NCBI GenBank assembly: GCA_965285935.1
Contig: OZ260666.1
Coordinates: forward strand, 73,718,001-73,782,000
Reading direction: 5' to 3'
Source: Ophelia neglecta
Lineage: Eukaryota
DNA: 64,000 bases
Both the position numbers and the translations under genes were made by a program. Positions 14,539-26,832 of the stretch are shown here, one piece after another. Under the pieces are notes generated by a model. That model was not told the DNA's origin. It was given only the letters and a program-made list of their open reading frames with translations, and ran no database searches. Within the stretch, counting starts at the first letter, position 1. Each line of letters opens with the position of its first letter.

Positions 14539-14761
14539 TTCCCGGTTGCGGAAAGCGCTCTTAAGTTTAGGAAGTAAATTAGCTTATTCCCTATTAGCTG
14601 ACCCCACTTTGATTAGTGCTTCTATTGACCCGGATTGAGTTTAACACAAAAATGGCTAGGTTTTAAGACGGAATCCAGCTATGATAAACCTCGCGATTTA
14701 GCACTTTGATCCTTATTTGGATCTTAATTCATGTCTTAAGAATGTTGCTAGAAACCGGTCC
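14539..14761 (+). mobile_element. MITE family A (Harbinger/PIF-like, ~230 bp), full copy with CTG target-site duplication
   Basis: Degenerate TIRs of consensus GGCCCGGTTTCTAGAA...TTCTAGAAACCGGGCC; CTG on both sides (14536-38, 14762-64); internal motifs shared with the other copies. Confidence 0.75.
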
Positions 14762-15192
14762 CTGGTGTCTGAAAATGGGATTCATAACATGTGCGTATGC
14801 ACCATTTACTGGCCACTGAACAAAAAACCATCCACCTGTGCATCAAACAGAAAATATGCCCCTGTTAAAATTCTCCGGTGCATCAAACGCTGATGAGGTA
14901 TTTGTAGTTGAGCCAGTATAAATAATTGTTAAAGGTTACATTTTCTATACAAAGTGCCCCATGCTACAACTAGACACGGGATCATGTACAAAAAATGATC
15001 CATATAGTATTGTGGCCAGATATTATTGGTTCCTGAATATATTGGAGAATGTTACGTGATTCAGAAACTGAGTTGAATAGTACCTTTACTATCACTTGCA
15101 TAAGTTCCACATAGATATAACTATTTTGCAATAGAATCACCCATAAATATATTTAAGTAAAAATCGCTTTGCAATAAGTCAATTATATTGTG

Positions 15193-15431
15193 GGACCGGA
15201 TCCTGGAAGCGTTCTTAAGTCTTGAAGTCAGATTAAAATCAGCATTAAAGTGTTAAATCGTTCTTATTGTTGCTATAAAGGGTTTTTGGAAGCTGGATTT
15301 GGTCTTATCTCTAGAAATTTTCATCTTAAAGTCAATCTTGAACAATGGGAACATTGAAGAACGAGGTAATAGATTACTAGTAATGGGCTAATCTAATCCC
15401 AAAACTTAAGACCGATTCTAGAAAGCGGGGC
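15193..15431 (-). mobile_element. MITE family A, full copy (opposite orientation)
   Basis: GGACCGGATCCTGGAAG...TTCTAGAAAGCGGGGC|CAG; internal GCTGGATTTGGTCTTA and GGCTAATCTAATCCC motifs. Confidence 0.75.
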
Positions 15432-15619
15432 CAGAACTGCTTGTCGAAACGAACTTAATTAATTTCACTGACTAATATATTACAGCACATTTATTTCTTT
15501 GTAATTCTATTAGCTTTCAAATGTGTGTTTGTATCTTAGTGAGCTGGATGTATTAAGTATGCTTGTAGCTAGTATGTGAACATTCTTTTGCATTTTTTAA
15601 AATGTTTGTGATGGAATTC

Positions 15620-15750
15620 AACTTTAAGCCTAGCCATGTTGTTCATAAACTCAATCCTGGTCAATGGATATACTGATTAATGTGTTGTTAGTTGATCCGT
15701 AATAGGCTAATCTAATCCCTAAAGTTAAGGCCGCTAACAGAAATCAGGCC
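15620..15750 (-). mobile_element. MITE family A, partial copy
   Basis: CCTGGTCAATGG...AATAGGCTAATCTAATCCCTAAAGTTAAGGCC...CAGGCC|CTG. Confidence 0.7.
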
Positions 15751-17819
15751 CTGGATGATATCTAGACAAAAGTTATTTTCTAAATAGCAAAAAGAACACA
15801 GAGAAGATGCTTCTCGGTTTCAACTCTCCCTTAGGGAAAAAGCACAGTTTAAATTCACATGAGCAGGCAAACTTCGAGTATTCAGATAACAGGCTCCTGG
15901 GTTATACATAGTATTTGTTCCGAGTATAAGTGCTCTACCGTAAGTAGCCTAACCAAAGCACGGAAAAAAAACTATTGGTATACATGACGAAAGCATGGTT
16001 ATTTTCTTTTTACTTAATGAACGTCGAAAAATCTGTGCACTAGTATTATATCGGTCACAGTACGTCATCTACCTAAAAGAAATCACCAACGTAAGGTCTA
16101 CACGTGGGCCAATCTTTATGCTTTCTGCCTGTTTTCCACTGGTCCAGTAACAAAAGACCTCAGCCGCCTCAAGTGTAGCAGAAGTACATCAACAGGAAAT
16201 GGCGCCTTGACGGATACGTAAATATCACAGGTGTTACCAAGGTTTTATACTAAGAGCTTAGTTGTTGGTGATGCCTTTTCTAACAAGGATTACACATTAT
16301 CGTTAATTGTACAGATTAAGTCTGGTGGGAAGTGTTGGAGAAGCGATTTGCATATTTCAAAATGTTATTTATTGTTTTATTACATCTAGGTTTATCTGCA
16401 TAAGATGCAAATATGACGGCATGTGGTTTACGGATGAATTCTTGTTGTGTGCTAATACAAACAAATGCTGGTATCACCGCCTATGTATTAATCCGATCAC
16501 TTAATCAGCATATAAAAATCGGATCATGGTAATCAGTTATCGTCTGTGACTATCACAAGGCTTAGTTTCCACCACCTGGTTGCCATGGTAGCTTGCTATT
16601 TAAACCTGAACGGCTTCGACAGTAAAGAGGACCTATCGCCATGTCATTAAGGTGGCTAGCCCTAATATAAATTAGATTAGCAGCCAGACTTAATTGACTT
16701 TCCAATGCCGCAGTTCATCTTATTTCCAGGCCATCGCTTGCATCTGTGACACAGGCATTCCAGGTAACCACTATTATAAGGAATGTTTCAATCCTCAAGA
16801 ACCGCGTCTCTATTGAGAGATCCATAAGGCAAAAAACAAGACAAAATAATTTAAGAAATAACTCCCAGCGTTTAAATAAGTGTTTGTGATATGCCTATAT
16901 ATAGCGATGTTTTTGCATTGCATACGTATGGCTGGTGCAGAAAGGTTGGATAAGAAATAAATGATACCCAACAGATGAAAGGAATTCCATCTAACGAACT
17001 CAATCCTGTAATTAACGCTCAAAGAGTGAATTAATTGCCAAAGTGTAAGTAGGGTTGGTTTCGTTCTCATTATCCTAATCTATCAACAGGCAGGTGTAGA
17101 AGATAAGGGAATGAAACGATTCTAAATCGTGTACACTGATGTGAGTGAATGATTGTATGCCGACATTGCAACTAGGGCAAAACGGGCGGGGGAGCTGGAT
17201 ACCAAAATCATGTTTTAAGCATACATCTCTGTATTACTGTTTTGGCCAACTTCTCTATATTATGCATTGGTGAGATCATTTAATTCAAAAAACTGAAACA
17301 AACATACATTAAATTAAAACTTGAATGAATAGTCGACAGACATACCGTATCAGTAGTCAGGAATATAATGTCATAGAGAAAACATCTCGATGCTAAGCTA
17401 AGGACTTGCAATGCGCCGTGTCGCATTACAATTACACGGTGTATTCTTGTATTTTATTTCTTTGATGAAAACAGCAGAGATTATTAAGCCCCCATTTCAA
17501 TGAACACTTTAGGATGAACAAAATGTGGGATATTTTGCAATGTGAATAAATGAGTCTTTTCCAAACAAAATTTTCAGTAGATAAATCTATTATTATATGT
17601 CCTGGAGTATAAACGATTACCTAGAAAGTATCATGTATTTTATATAATTAAACTGTTGCTCTTATATGGGAATTATGTTTACCATTGATACCCAATGGAG
17701 CGATCATTAGGGTCAAATGTATAAATAAAAACTTGAAACTTGTCTTTCACTGAACTTAATATATAACACCAAGCAACTTGGATGGATATTGTCGATTAGC
17801 AACTGGCCAAAACACAATC

Positions 17820-17965
17820 ATTAACTCCCCTGGCAGTAAATAAAACATAAATGTCATTGCCCAGCTCTCCAACAGTAAATAAAACACAAACAATGCTCCT
17901 CAGCTCCTGAGCGGTCAATACAAAAATATCTGTTCCCCCTCTCAGCAGTAAAACAAACAATCATT
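17820..17965 (+). repeat. Degenerate ~40-bp tandem repeat (4 units) related to the CAGTAAATAAA segment of family C
   Basis: Recurring CTC....CAGTAAATAAAACA-like units. Confidence 0.5.
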
Positions 17966-18799
17966 GTTACCAGGAACACAAGGGTGAATAAGGGTATCGG
18001 GCTATATATTTGGCAACTTTAAAAATGAAACTCCATAAACTGCACATGGTTAATTGTAAGGTATCCTAAATATGCATTAGCGTGGAAGAAACTTCTGTTG
18101 GCACTCTCAGGAAAAGCATAAATTTAAACTATTTGAAAACATATGCCCTTTTAGAACTGCTACCACTCACCTTGTTTAATGATGGAAAGAGAGACTACTC
18201 ATTGTTAGTCTAATCATGTGAGCTGGTTCACATGTCAGAGGAAAAAAAACACCATTAATATTGATTTAGAAAAGAGTTCGTGCAAAAAAATGTAATCTGT
18301 CAGCATTAGATCGGTGACATCAGAGTCTTTATTCTAGGTTCCCACAAAGCATTTATGTTCGTTTCATTGAACATGAATAATTACGTGAAGTGAAGGAGAA
18401 AATAAGTGAGTTAGGAGCCATAAAGTTCACACTTATAATTTAGGTCGTAAGAAATAACTGAATGATAGTTGACATTTCGTTTTTCAAATGGAAAACTGAA
18501 AATTCGTACGCCACCATCACCTACAAGACTGTCAGTGATGGACACAGTGGGCGTTAATTTACAGCGACCTTTTATCCCTCGTTGGTCATTGATATAGTCT
18601 CTTAAATTATTTGTGTACTTACACAATCATAGGCCATATTCCATCTCTGTTCTACGTTGACAATTAAATCGTTTGTTTTTTGATCTGACTCACATTATTG
18701 AAAACTGTCGACTATTTATCAATGCGAGTGATATAATTTTTGTTTTGAATTTTTATTAAATAGCAACTATATTTAAGGTTTCGTAGCTGGGTATTGATT

Positions 18800-18860
18800 T
18801 AAGCTAATCCTAAACTTAATCCTAATCTTAAACTTAAGGCTCCTTCTAGAAAGCGGGTCC
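18800..18860 (-). mobile_element. MITE family A, terminal fragment
   Basis: CTAATCTTAAACTTAAGGCTCCTTCTAGAAAGCGGGTCC matches the family end. Confidence 0.55.
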
Positions 18861-19562
18861 AAGAGATATCAGGTTAGACGTTTTATTTACACCATAAGAC
18901 TACACATGAATGTTTATACCTAAAATCACAAATATTGAAAAAGCTTAGTGCTCGTGACCTACCGATTTGTTCCATTTCAATAACTTGTTCACTTTTTTAA
19001 AATAATACATTAGGAGGGGTGCAGTTTCAAATGCAGCATTTACTTACAAAAGCCAATTCATCATATTCATTCGTGGCACTTTGACATTCGCTAAAAGGAT
19101 CAAAGCACACATTTTTATTACACCGGAAGTAGTTACCATTGCTGAGCATTATCGTTTGACTATTTATAGATCACCAGCCGTTAAATCTGTCAACCTTGTA
19201 ACGCGAGTGTGTTAAATGCTTGAATTCAATTTACCATACATACTGTGCCCGTCATTCAAAAACAGGACACGAATGCGAATATTTTATACTTGGAAATAAA
19301 CACCTATCGTGCAACCATGTTTGTGCTTTTTTAATGATTTGTGAAAGTATATAACAAATTCAGGCATAAGAACGGAAGTTTAAAATCAGCAGCCAAAGAG
19401 AAAAACAAAGCTGCAGACCCACAGGGCGTACGATGGCATGTGTTGAGTAGAATGGATGGATGGGGGGGGGGGGGGGGTTGATAATAGTATTAGCTTTGTA
19501 CTTGAAAAATACAAAAAAAATATTTGATATGTTAAGGCTAGATTATAATCGTTCAGACGTAC

Positions 19563-19694
19563 AGCTTCCATAACCGGATTCGAAATGTTTCGCGGAACTC
19601 GCTCTTTGCTTCTAAGCAGGATAACCGTAAGCAGCAAGGTCAGCAGTGAACGTGACATAATCCATCTTCTTGTTGCCCGCATTTCTACACACAT
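19563..19694 (-). CDS. Candidate first coding exon (signal or anchor-like) of an unidentified gene
   Basis: MCVEMRATRRWIMSRSLLTLLLTVILLRSKERVPRNISNPVMEA followed by a GTACGT donor, the same donor as nAChR intron 7. No downstream exon identified. Confidence 0.25.
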
Positions 19695-20579
19695 TGCCAA
19701 TTGGTACAATAGCACAAATGGAAGAAAGTGTCAATAATGGCATATACGTCCACATTTAGTATGGAAATTGAGGCCATCATGTCACTTTATAAAACAAATT
19801 AATTACTATAGGATACCATGATGTGGAAGATTTAGCTAACCACAAAGCAACAAACGCATAAGGCAGTTTATTTCAAGGCTAGCTATGGAAGTAAGTATTG
19901 TCCGGGTGTTATGACTAGAATACGCGTAAATCCATCATAAGACAGTAATGAAAGTGTTCTATAGCTCGTCTAAATTACAAAAAAATACTATAGTTCGCAA
20001 TTGTAAAAAGAAAAGCTACATAAAAAGAAGAGAGCTAAGGCGAGGGAAGTGGGGTTGGGGAGGGGTTCGAAGCGGAATTAAACATATTGCATAGTGGCGA
20101 CGAAACCATGTTATTCTCAATAAAAGCTCAAAATAAAGTTATGTTTCTATTATTTGACCAATTGAAGAAGGAAGCAAAGCAAATGGTCCCTCTTCCCAAT
20201 CTGGAACAAACAAGTGTAAGCTTGACACAACACATTTTTATCGATGTGTGCAAAATAAGCGATGATAAGAATAAGAACGTTTCTGGATACAAAAAAAAAA
20301 TTGCTTTAGCCTCAAGGGATTAACAAGCGTCTGCTTGACTGGTAGTTTTGGAGAGTTTGTCGCCTTTATCAAAGAATGATATTGACGAGTTGAATAATGA
20401 AGGAGCCCCTATTTTGAAAAGGACCAATTGATTGGATTTGTGTAAGTGGAAATACCTTTTCTTATACTGAAAGAGTACTAAGATGTAACTGTAAAAAATA
20501 GCCATTTTCGTGACACCTGACGAAAGTTTGAATGTTGATGCTTTAAAGCAATGAAATTAAGTATTAGTGTGGAGGCACT

Positions 20580-20780
20580 TATTATCTGAAGGTACACATG
20601 GTGACCAACGACGCCTGGCTGCACCTGTTACCTGGACGTACTCGAAGTGACGAGTGACGTCTGCCTACGCTTGTGATTTGAAGGTAATAGGGATCACGAG
20701 TGACGTCTGGATCCATGTGATATATTAAGGTACTCGCAGTGACGAGTAGTGTCCTGAGACATGTATTACCTGAAGGTCAG
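20580..20780. repeat. Degenerate ~47-bp tandem repeat (~4 units) containing GAGTGACGTCTG
   Basis: Recurring (T)GAAGGTA...G(T)GACGAGTGACGTCTG units. Confidence 0.55.
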
Positions 20781-22074
20781 CATAACTCCCACGAGAAACA
20801 ACAACTACTTAATAAAATCTGATCAGTGAACTACACAAATTGAGGCCAGTAGAATAGGACCTCTGGAAAATCGATGGTGAGCTTATTGACAGCTTGATCG
20901 AGTGTGCTTGGAGGGTGGTAATGAAGAGACGAGGGAGAGGAAAAGAGCTTCACAATAACTAGATCTGGTAGGGAACGAGACTGCATAAAGAGGGTTATTT
21001 TCAGGACTTGGCCAGATCCGAAGATCCGACCTGTTACTCTTTGCAATAGTTTGACGAACACGTTGGTCGCTACCTATTATATTGTGTTTTCTAAGCGAGA
21101 TGTTATGTTCGATTTTCTTTCGATTGGTAAAAGTCATGTCACTGACGTTGAGAATAGCAGAGACCCTTTAAATACTTCCGGTGGTGTCCCAATGGAAATG
21201 GCACGGGTGCTTTATATCGTTCATAAGTTGATATAGTGTCGGTGTAAATACGCAATTATAGACAATTGACGATTATTCAACGATTTGTGGAATGACTTTG
21301 ATCAAAGAACGATTTTGTTTGTTTGGTATTTATTAAATGCACTGGCATCGCCAATCAGGATATGTTACTTTCTCAATAGTATGACTGTCTATCAGGAATT
21401 TCCTGCATGGGACTAAGGTACATATGCGTCTTTAGTATATATTCCATTCTTGTTTTTCGAGAATAAATCTATTGCACTTACATTTTGTTTCAATGCCTCT
21501 ACCATGGAATGACTGACGCATATCAGTCTAAAATCTATCAGGTTTCTGTGCAATAGACAAATTGTTTAGGTATTACTAAAGTCGTCTTTATATCCAACGT
21601 CAATAATAGACAATATAGTCAGCGTTACAGGGCCTCCAGGAGAAATTAGTTTAAGGGCGTCACTCGACCGATAGTTCAATTTCTTTTTCCGCCAAAAATA
21701 CATACAAAAATCATACTTCGAAAGATCGTATCAAATTCAACCTTTTAGTAAATACCTTTTCTGTTCGTAAATTCTTAAGACGTAGAAGAAGGGATGTTCA
21801 TCTCAGACTTTATAGCATCACGTATCTAATGTCTAACATGACAGACGCCAGTTTTGTTTTAATTTGAATTAGGAAGAAAACGTTTAGATGTAATCAGATA
21901 ATTGTGTTAAACAGGGTTTTTGTCTAATAGGAAATCAGTGTTTGATTTAAATTCTACCTAAGATTGATATCTAAAATTATTTCATGTAAGTGGCTGCAAT
22001 ATGCGGTATTAATGAGTTCTACGCAGCAAGACCTCTGAAGCAAGATTATTTCACTAATTTTAATCTGTTACATA

Positions 22075-22269
22075 TTTGCCTATTACCGATTAGCGGAGAC
22101 CGTGTCAATCGGTTTTTCTATTGACCTGGAGTAAGTTTGAAATTAAATGGCTAGGTTTAAAACCAAATCCAGTTCCCAGAAACCCCGATTAGCAAGTTAA
22201 GACCGATTAAGCACTTTAATCCTGTTTTACTCCAAGTTATGAGTTCAGGGCCTTCCTAGAATACGGGCC
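22075..22269 (+). mobile_element. MITE family A copy
   Basis: GCCTATTACCGATTAG...ATTGACCTGGAGTAAGTT...CCAGAAACCCCGATTAGCAAGTTAAGA...CTAGAATACGGGCC|CTG. Confidence 0.75.
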
Positions 22270-24424
22270 CTGAAGGCGTAGGCATTCCCGTCCCTCCAGG
22301 GATGATGTATGGGGCAAGAAACGGGAGGCCTAAAATACTAGTGTTGAGGCCTATAAGATTAGACTTGGCGCTAAAGTATGGGCATGTATGATTGTGTATG
22401 AGTGGCGTAATTGTTTATGTTAACTGATGTGAATACAGCCTTCTAATGTGTAAATAGGTTGTACTACTAATGTTTCACTCTACTGTAAAGGAGGCGAACA
22501 AATGAATAAATCCGTTCAAATTGCCTGTATACGATAAGCCTTCTTCCAGATAATATCACAGTAAAATTAGGCCATTATTATTTAATAGGTTGGTTACCAA
22601 GACCTCCTTGGTCAATATCATCGGTAATTGGAAAAAAATAAATTGCCAATTTTATTTTTCGTAGCCTAGGAAAATGATCCCACAAACTGTAGTTCGCATG
22701 TTCTTTTGTTCGGACTGGCTAGAATCATGGCGGTTAACAACCGTCTCCTCCAGCAAATATTACTTGTAGCTTTAAACATTGCGCTAAACAACCCTCTCAT
22801 GCAGTCCATATTATTCAGTGACTTGAAACATGTCAGCTATCAACTTCTGTTTACCTATTCACAAAAACTGGGGATACAGTCATAAGTAATAAAATGGGAC
22901 ACTTCTAAATTATTAATTAGCATTTTAATCATCAGAACAATCAGTAGTAGTCTCAAAAATTAATCAATAATTTCTTTCTGTGGTAGGCTTCAACGAAATT
23001 CACTGATTGGACAATTTCCTTTTTTTTGTTACTCATTGTATATAGAAGAATGTGAAAAGTATAAACCTTTGTTAAAACTTAAAACTTTAAGCTTGTTTTG
23101 CTATAATGTTCCTCTGGAGAAAACATAATCGCTCATTGGTAATTCTTAGCTGCATCCAGAACAACCATCTTTGAACTCAGAAAACAGAATAAAGTGATGA
23201 AGAGTGTTTTCTCAATCAGCAAGTTTTCTGTCCCAAATGAATTCAATCTTTAAAATAAGGATCTTTCCGGATGAAACTTTCCTGTTTTGGACCGTCCAGG
23301 CTACTTAAAAGTGTCTGGCATATAACAAACATAAGTCATTGGTGAGCCTTCAAGTTCCTTCTATCGAATCAAAGCACTTTAATCGGTTGTCTAACCTACA
23401 TTCGCCTTCCAAATGTCACTCTCAGGACTAGGTATGGCTCCCATTAGCGTCCGCTGGTCCAATAAACCTCATTAATCTGTATTTTCTTCCACGAAGAGCC
23501 ATAAAATATCTACGACTTGAATCCACTGCTTACAATAAACGAATGCTGCTATTGATTCATTCTGGCAAAATTAAATGAAAGAGCTTTTTGTACGCATATC
23601 CACATTGTTACGATCAGTAAATTTAAGTTGTGAATGCTTCATTTCTTTTCTGGCTTGAGATTTGTATTAATACCTTTTTTTTTAGCTCGTAACATCCTAA
23701 GCAGGCATTCTAGACAGAATTCTAGACACTCTTAAAGTGTCTTCCTCACTGTCTGTTTGATATATTAAGCAATTTCGGCAGTTTAAGAGAAAAAACACCT
23801 CTAGGTAAAATATTAAAACAAGAAACAGATAATATGTCAGCATGCTTTTTCCGGAGTTTTCGCAAATATTCTCGCTAATTTCACAAAACTTAATTGCGAG
23901 TGATAATAATATTATCTTTTGGGATGTTTTATTATGTCACATGTTTGTTTAGCTGAAGCTGGAGATAAATTGATTGATGTGTGTGGGGCTGTTGCTGCTG
24001 GTCCCTGTTTTATTTACCAATTTGATAGACTATTGTAGACTAATAATCTGGCTTTGCCGAGTATCCACTCCCGTTTCTATTAACAGATTGAGAAACTGTA
24101 CACCCACAATGTACTTACTTAAGCCTTTCTTGTTAAGACAAACGCTTTTCATCAGCATCATAAGTGCATTAATGCTGTGATAAAAGCTTGAAGATGTTCC
24201 TACTCACGTAACATGTTAGGTCATGCTGAGTAAACGCTGTGACAAATCAAGTACATTCCCACGGTCATTTTTAGATGTGGAGCGAGTTATAGATTTACCA
24301 TGTGATGACTTTGCATGGTTATAAATTACATGGTTACTAGTTCTAGTAACAATGTGGCATGATTTCTTATGCTATAATTGTTGGTCGTATGGTTAACATT
24401 TCCTCCAGTGTTGTAAATAACCTT

Positions 24425-24659
24425 AGACGGGTTCCTAGAGGAGGTATTTAGTTTTGGAGTAATATTAGCCTGTGAACAATTAACTGAGATTGTGTAAATC
24501 GGTGTATCCATTGACCAAAAATAAACTTAAGACAAAATAACTAGACTTAAGACTCAATCTAGCTTCCAGAAACCTGGATTTGCAAGTTGAGAATTATTAA
24601 GCACTTAATTCTGAAGTTAATCCCAGTTGTAAGATAAGACTGCGTCCAGAAACCGGGCC
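24425..24659 (+). mobile_element. MITE family A, full copy just upstream of the LINE
   Basis: GACGGGTTCCTAGAG...CCAGAAACCGGGCC|CTG; internal similarity to the 14539 and 22075 copies. Confidence 0.75.
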
Positions 24660-24695
24660 CTGATACACTATACCCTATCCCGTACCCACAAATAA

Positions 24696-26394
24696 CCAAT
24701 TACTCCAAAATTATGTAAACAAATAATTGCCCCTTTGGCTCCCATCCTTGCACGAATTTTTAATACAATGTTGACTTCAGGAATATTTCCAGAGAGCATG
24801 AAAATTGCAAAGATAATACCAGTGTATAAGAAGGAAGATCCCAGACAGTTTACTAATTATCGGCCTATTGCCATTCTTCCTGCTTTGTCAAAGATATTTG
24901 AAAAGATACTATATAATAGACTATACAATTTTTTTACTTCTAATAACATATTATATCCATCACAATACGGGTTTAGGATGAATCATTCCACTGAATACGC
25001 TACACACGAACTCGTTGACCACATAGCACAAAATTTAGACTCAAAAAGCAATGTAGGCGCAATATTCATCGACCTTACAAAAGCGTTCGATACCCTTAAA
25101 CATTCTATTTTGTTAAGAAAATTGTTCAATTACGGTGTGCGTGGCCTGCCTCTCACTCTACTTCAGAGCTACCTCACAAATAGGATGCAATATGTTCACT
25201 ACAATAATCATACATCATCTTCTAGTCCGATAAATTGTGGAGTCCCACAAGGGTCAATTCTGGGACCACTCTTCTTTATCATTTTTATAAATGATGTTAT
25301 AAACTGTCTTGATGAATCGATTGCAATTCTGTTCGCTGACGATACCAGCCTTGTTATTCAAAAACCCAATTTCCGTAGCCTTATACACACGATGAATCTT
25401 GAGCAGGATAAAATAAACAAATGGATGACAGCAAATAGTCTTATACTTAATATAAATAAAACCAAATATATTATATTTCAGAACCCTAACAGGAAATGCA
25501 CTGATGTAATGTTAAATGCTCTCTCCATAAATGGGACACAGATCGAACAGGTTCATGCATACAAATTCCTTGGCACCATCATTGATGAGCGCTTAAACTG
25601 GAGAGATAATATAACTCATAAATGCAATAAGGTATCTAAAATAATCGGTATATTAAATAGAATAAAAAACATCCTGCCTATTGATATACTTAAGGTAATC
25701 TACACATCTCTTATCTTACCGCACTTTCATCATGGTGTAACAGCCTGGTATAACCCTAACAACATGTCTTCTACGACTAGGTTGTTCAAACTGCAGAAAA
25801 AAGCTGTCAGAGTAATAACTAGATCTCATTACATCGCACACACTGACCCCATATTTAAGACATATAAGCTACTTAAGCTTCATGATATTTTCATACTTAA
25901 ATGTTTAAAAATCTATTTTGCTATCGTAAACAAATGTTGCCCAAGCTTTACTCTAAATTGTGTATCTTTAAAAGCTAGCAGCGTTCAGCCTTATAATACC
26001 AGAACCTTAGATGTAATTATCAGGAAAAACGCAAGAACGAATTATGGGAAACAATGCCTTTGGTTTAAGCTCCTGTTTTCAACAAATGAAATTTTGTATA
26101 AATTTAGGAAATCTTTATCAGGAAATACAGACTATAAATCAATCTTTCTCAGTGAATGCCAGACCACTTGCCATATACAGAATTGTTATGCATGTAATGC
26201 CTAGAACCTTTTATACTGCAATGGTAACAACTATTCAAACATTAATGTACCCATTACTTACAGCTCCACTATGAAAACTTTGTAACAAATCTATATAATA
26301 TCTTGATGTAAATCTCCATGCTTGACCGGGCGGCCAGTGCTTACAGCTTCGGCCATAGCTGGCGTCCGTAATAAAACGAATTCAATCAATCAAT
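24696..26394 (+). mobile_element. 5'-truncated non-LTR retrotransposon (CR1/L2 group, Crack/Daphne-like)
   Basis: RT reading frame open from ~24696 to 26204. The 3' UTR has a GC-rich stem-loop-like segment (~26326-26369), AATAAA at 26370-26375 and a (TCAA)n tail at 26381-26394. No endonuclease domain or ORF1. Confidence 0.92.
24735..26204 (+). CDS. LINE ORF2 fragment: reverse transcriptase plus C-terminal region (489 aa, no native start codon)
   Basis: RT motifs YRPIAILPALSKIFEK, QYGFR, FIDLTKAFD, GVPQGSILGPLFF, LFADD, KFLG; C-terminal CQTTCHIQNCYAC. Confidence 0.9.
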   Translation: MAPILARIFNTMLTSGIFPESMKIAKIIPVYKKEDPRQFTNYRPIAILPALSKIFEKILYNRLYNFFTSNNILYPSQYGFRMNHSTEYATHELVDHIAQNLDSKSNVGAIFIDLTKAFDTLKHSILLRKLFNYGVRGLPLTLLQSYLTNRMQYVHYNNHTSSSSPINCGVPQGSILGPLFFIIFINDVINCLDESIAILFADDTSLVIQKPNFRSLIHTMNLEQDKINKWMTANSLILNINKTKYIIFQNPNRKCTDVMLNALSINGTQIEQVHAYKFLGTIIDERLNWRDNITHKCNKVSKIIGILNRIKNILPIDILKVIYTSLILPHFHHGVTAWYNPNNMSSTTRLFKLQKKAVRVITRSHYIAHTDPIFKTYKLLKLHDIFILKCLKIYFAIVNKCCPSFTLNCVSLKASSVQPYNTRTLDVIIRKNARTNYGKQCLWFKLLFSTNEILYKFRKSLSGNTDYKSIFLSECQTTCHIQNCYACNA

Positions 26395-26395
26395 G

Positions 26396-26544
26396 AGGTA
26401 AAGTGGGCTAATGTGGCGCCTATTTCAATTCCCCTTTAATTTGAATTATATTTTTGTACTCCCCTCGGAATATCGGCTTAATTCGGCAAGAAATTGTTCG
26501 CGCGCAGAATTAAACGATACACGGAATTACCGGACTTTATCCTA
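26396..26544. mobile_element. Dispersed repeat family B (short quasi-palindromic TIR element); related copies at ~28165-28260, 29690-29830, 34320-34415, 38505-38570, 56364-56500 and 61140-61340
   Basis: Termini GGTAAAGTGGGCTAAT...ATTACCGGACTTTATCC; the core (CTTACT)GCGCGGAATTAAACG and its reverse complement recur at the listed sites. Confidence 0.55.
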
Positions 26545-26546
26545 TA

Positions 26547-26710
26547 CAGTGAAACCTGCCTTAAATACCACCTCTATAATCAGACCACCTGTCAATTCAG
26601 ACCAATTATATGAGGACCATGCTGTATGCTGTATGTCTAACCAGACCACCTCCGAAATTGGACCACCTTTTTCCAGTCCCTTTGGTGATCTAAATAAGCA
26701 GGCTTCACTG
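26547..26710. mobile_element. Tc1/mariner-pogo-like MITE (164 bp)
   Basis: TA|CAGTGAAACCTGC...GCAGGCTTCACTG|TG inverted termini; internal repeated GACCAC motifs. Confidence 0.7.
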
Positions 26711-26716
26711 TGTAAA

Positions 26717-26832
26717 TAACTGCATACTATGCTGTATATAGCGCTTGCCATTGGCAGTAGGTGTCCGACCCAAAGCGAGCAGGCAAACTGTAACCAGGGC
26801 TTCTTTCATCATGATCTGTCAATGAATGGGCA
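26717..26832. repeat. Local ~105-bp direct duplication; second copy at 28274-28375
   Basis: AGCGCTTGYCATTGGCAGTAGGT...CCAAAGCRAGCAGGCAAA..GTAACCAGGGCTT...CATCAYGATMTGTCAATGAATGG is present in both copies. Confidence 0.9.

Noticed and set aside
19461-19477. Poly-G runs (also ~1422-1442, 5312-5324, 36117-36128, 63404-63415)
   Set aside because: Simple homopolymers scattered through the window with no associated structure.
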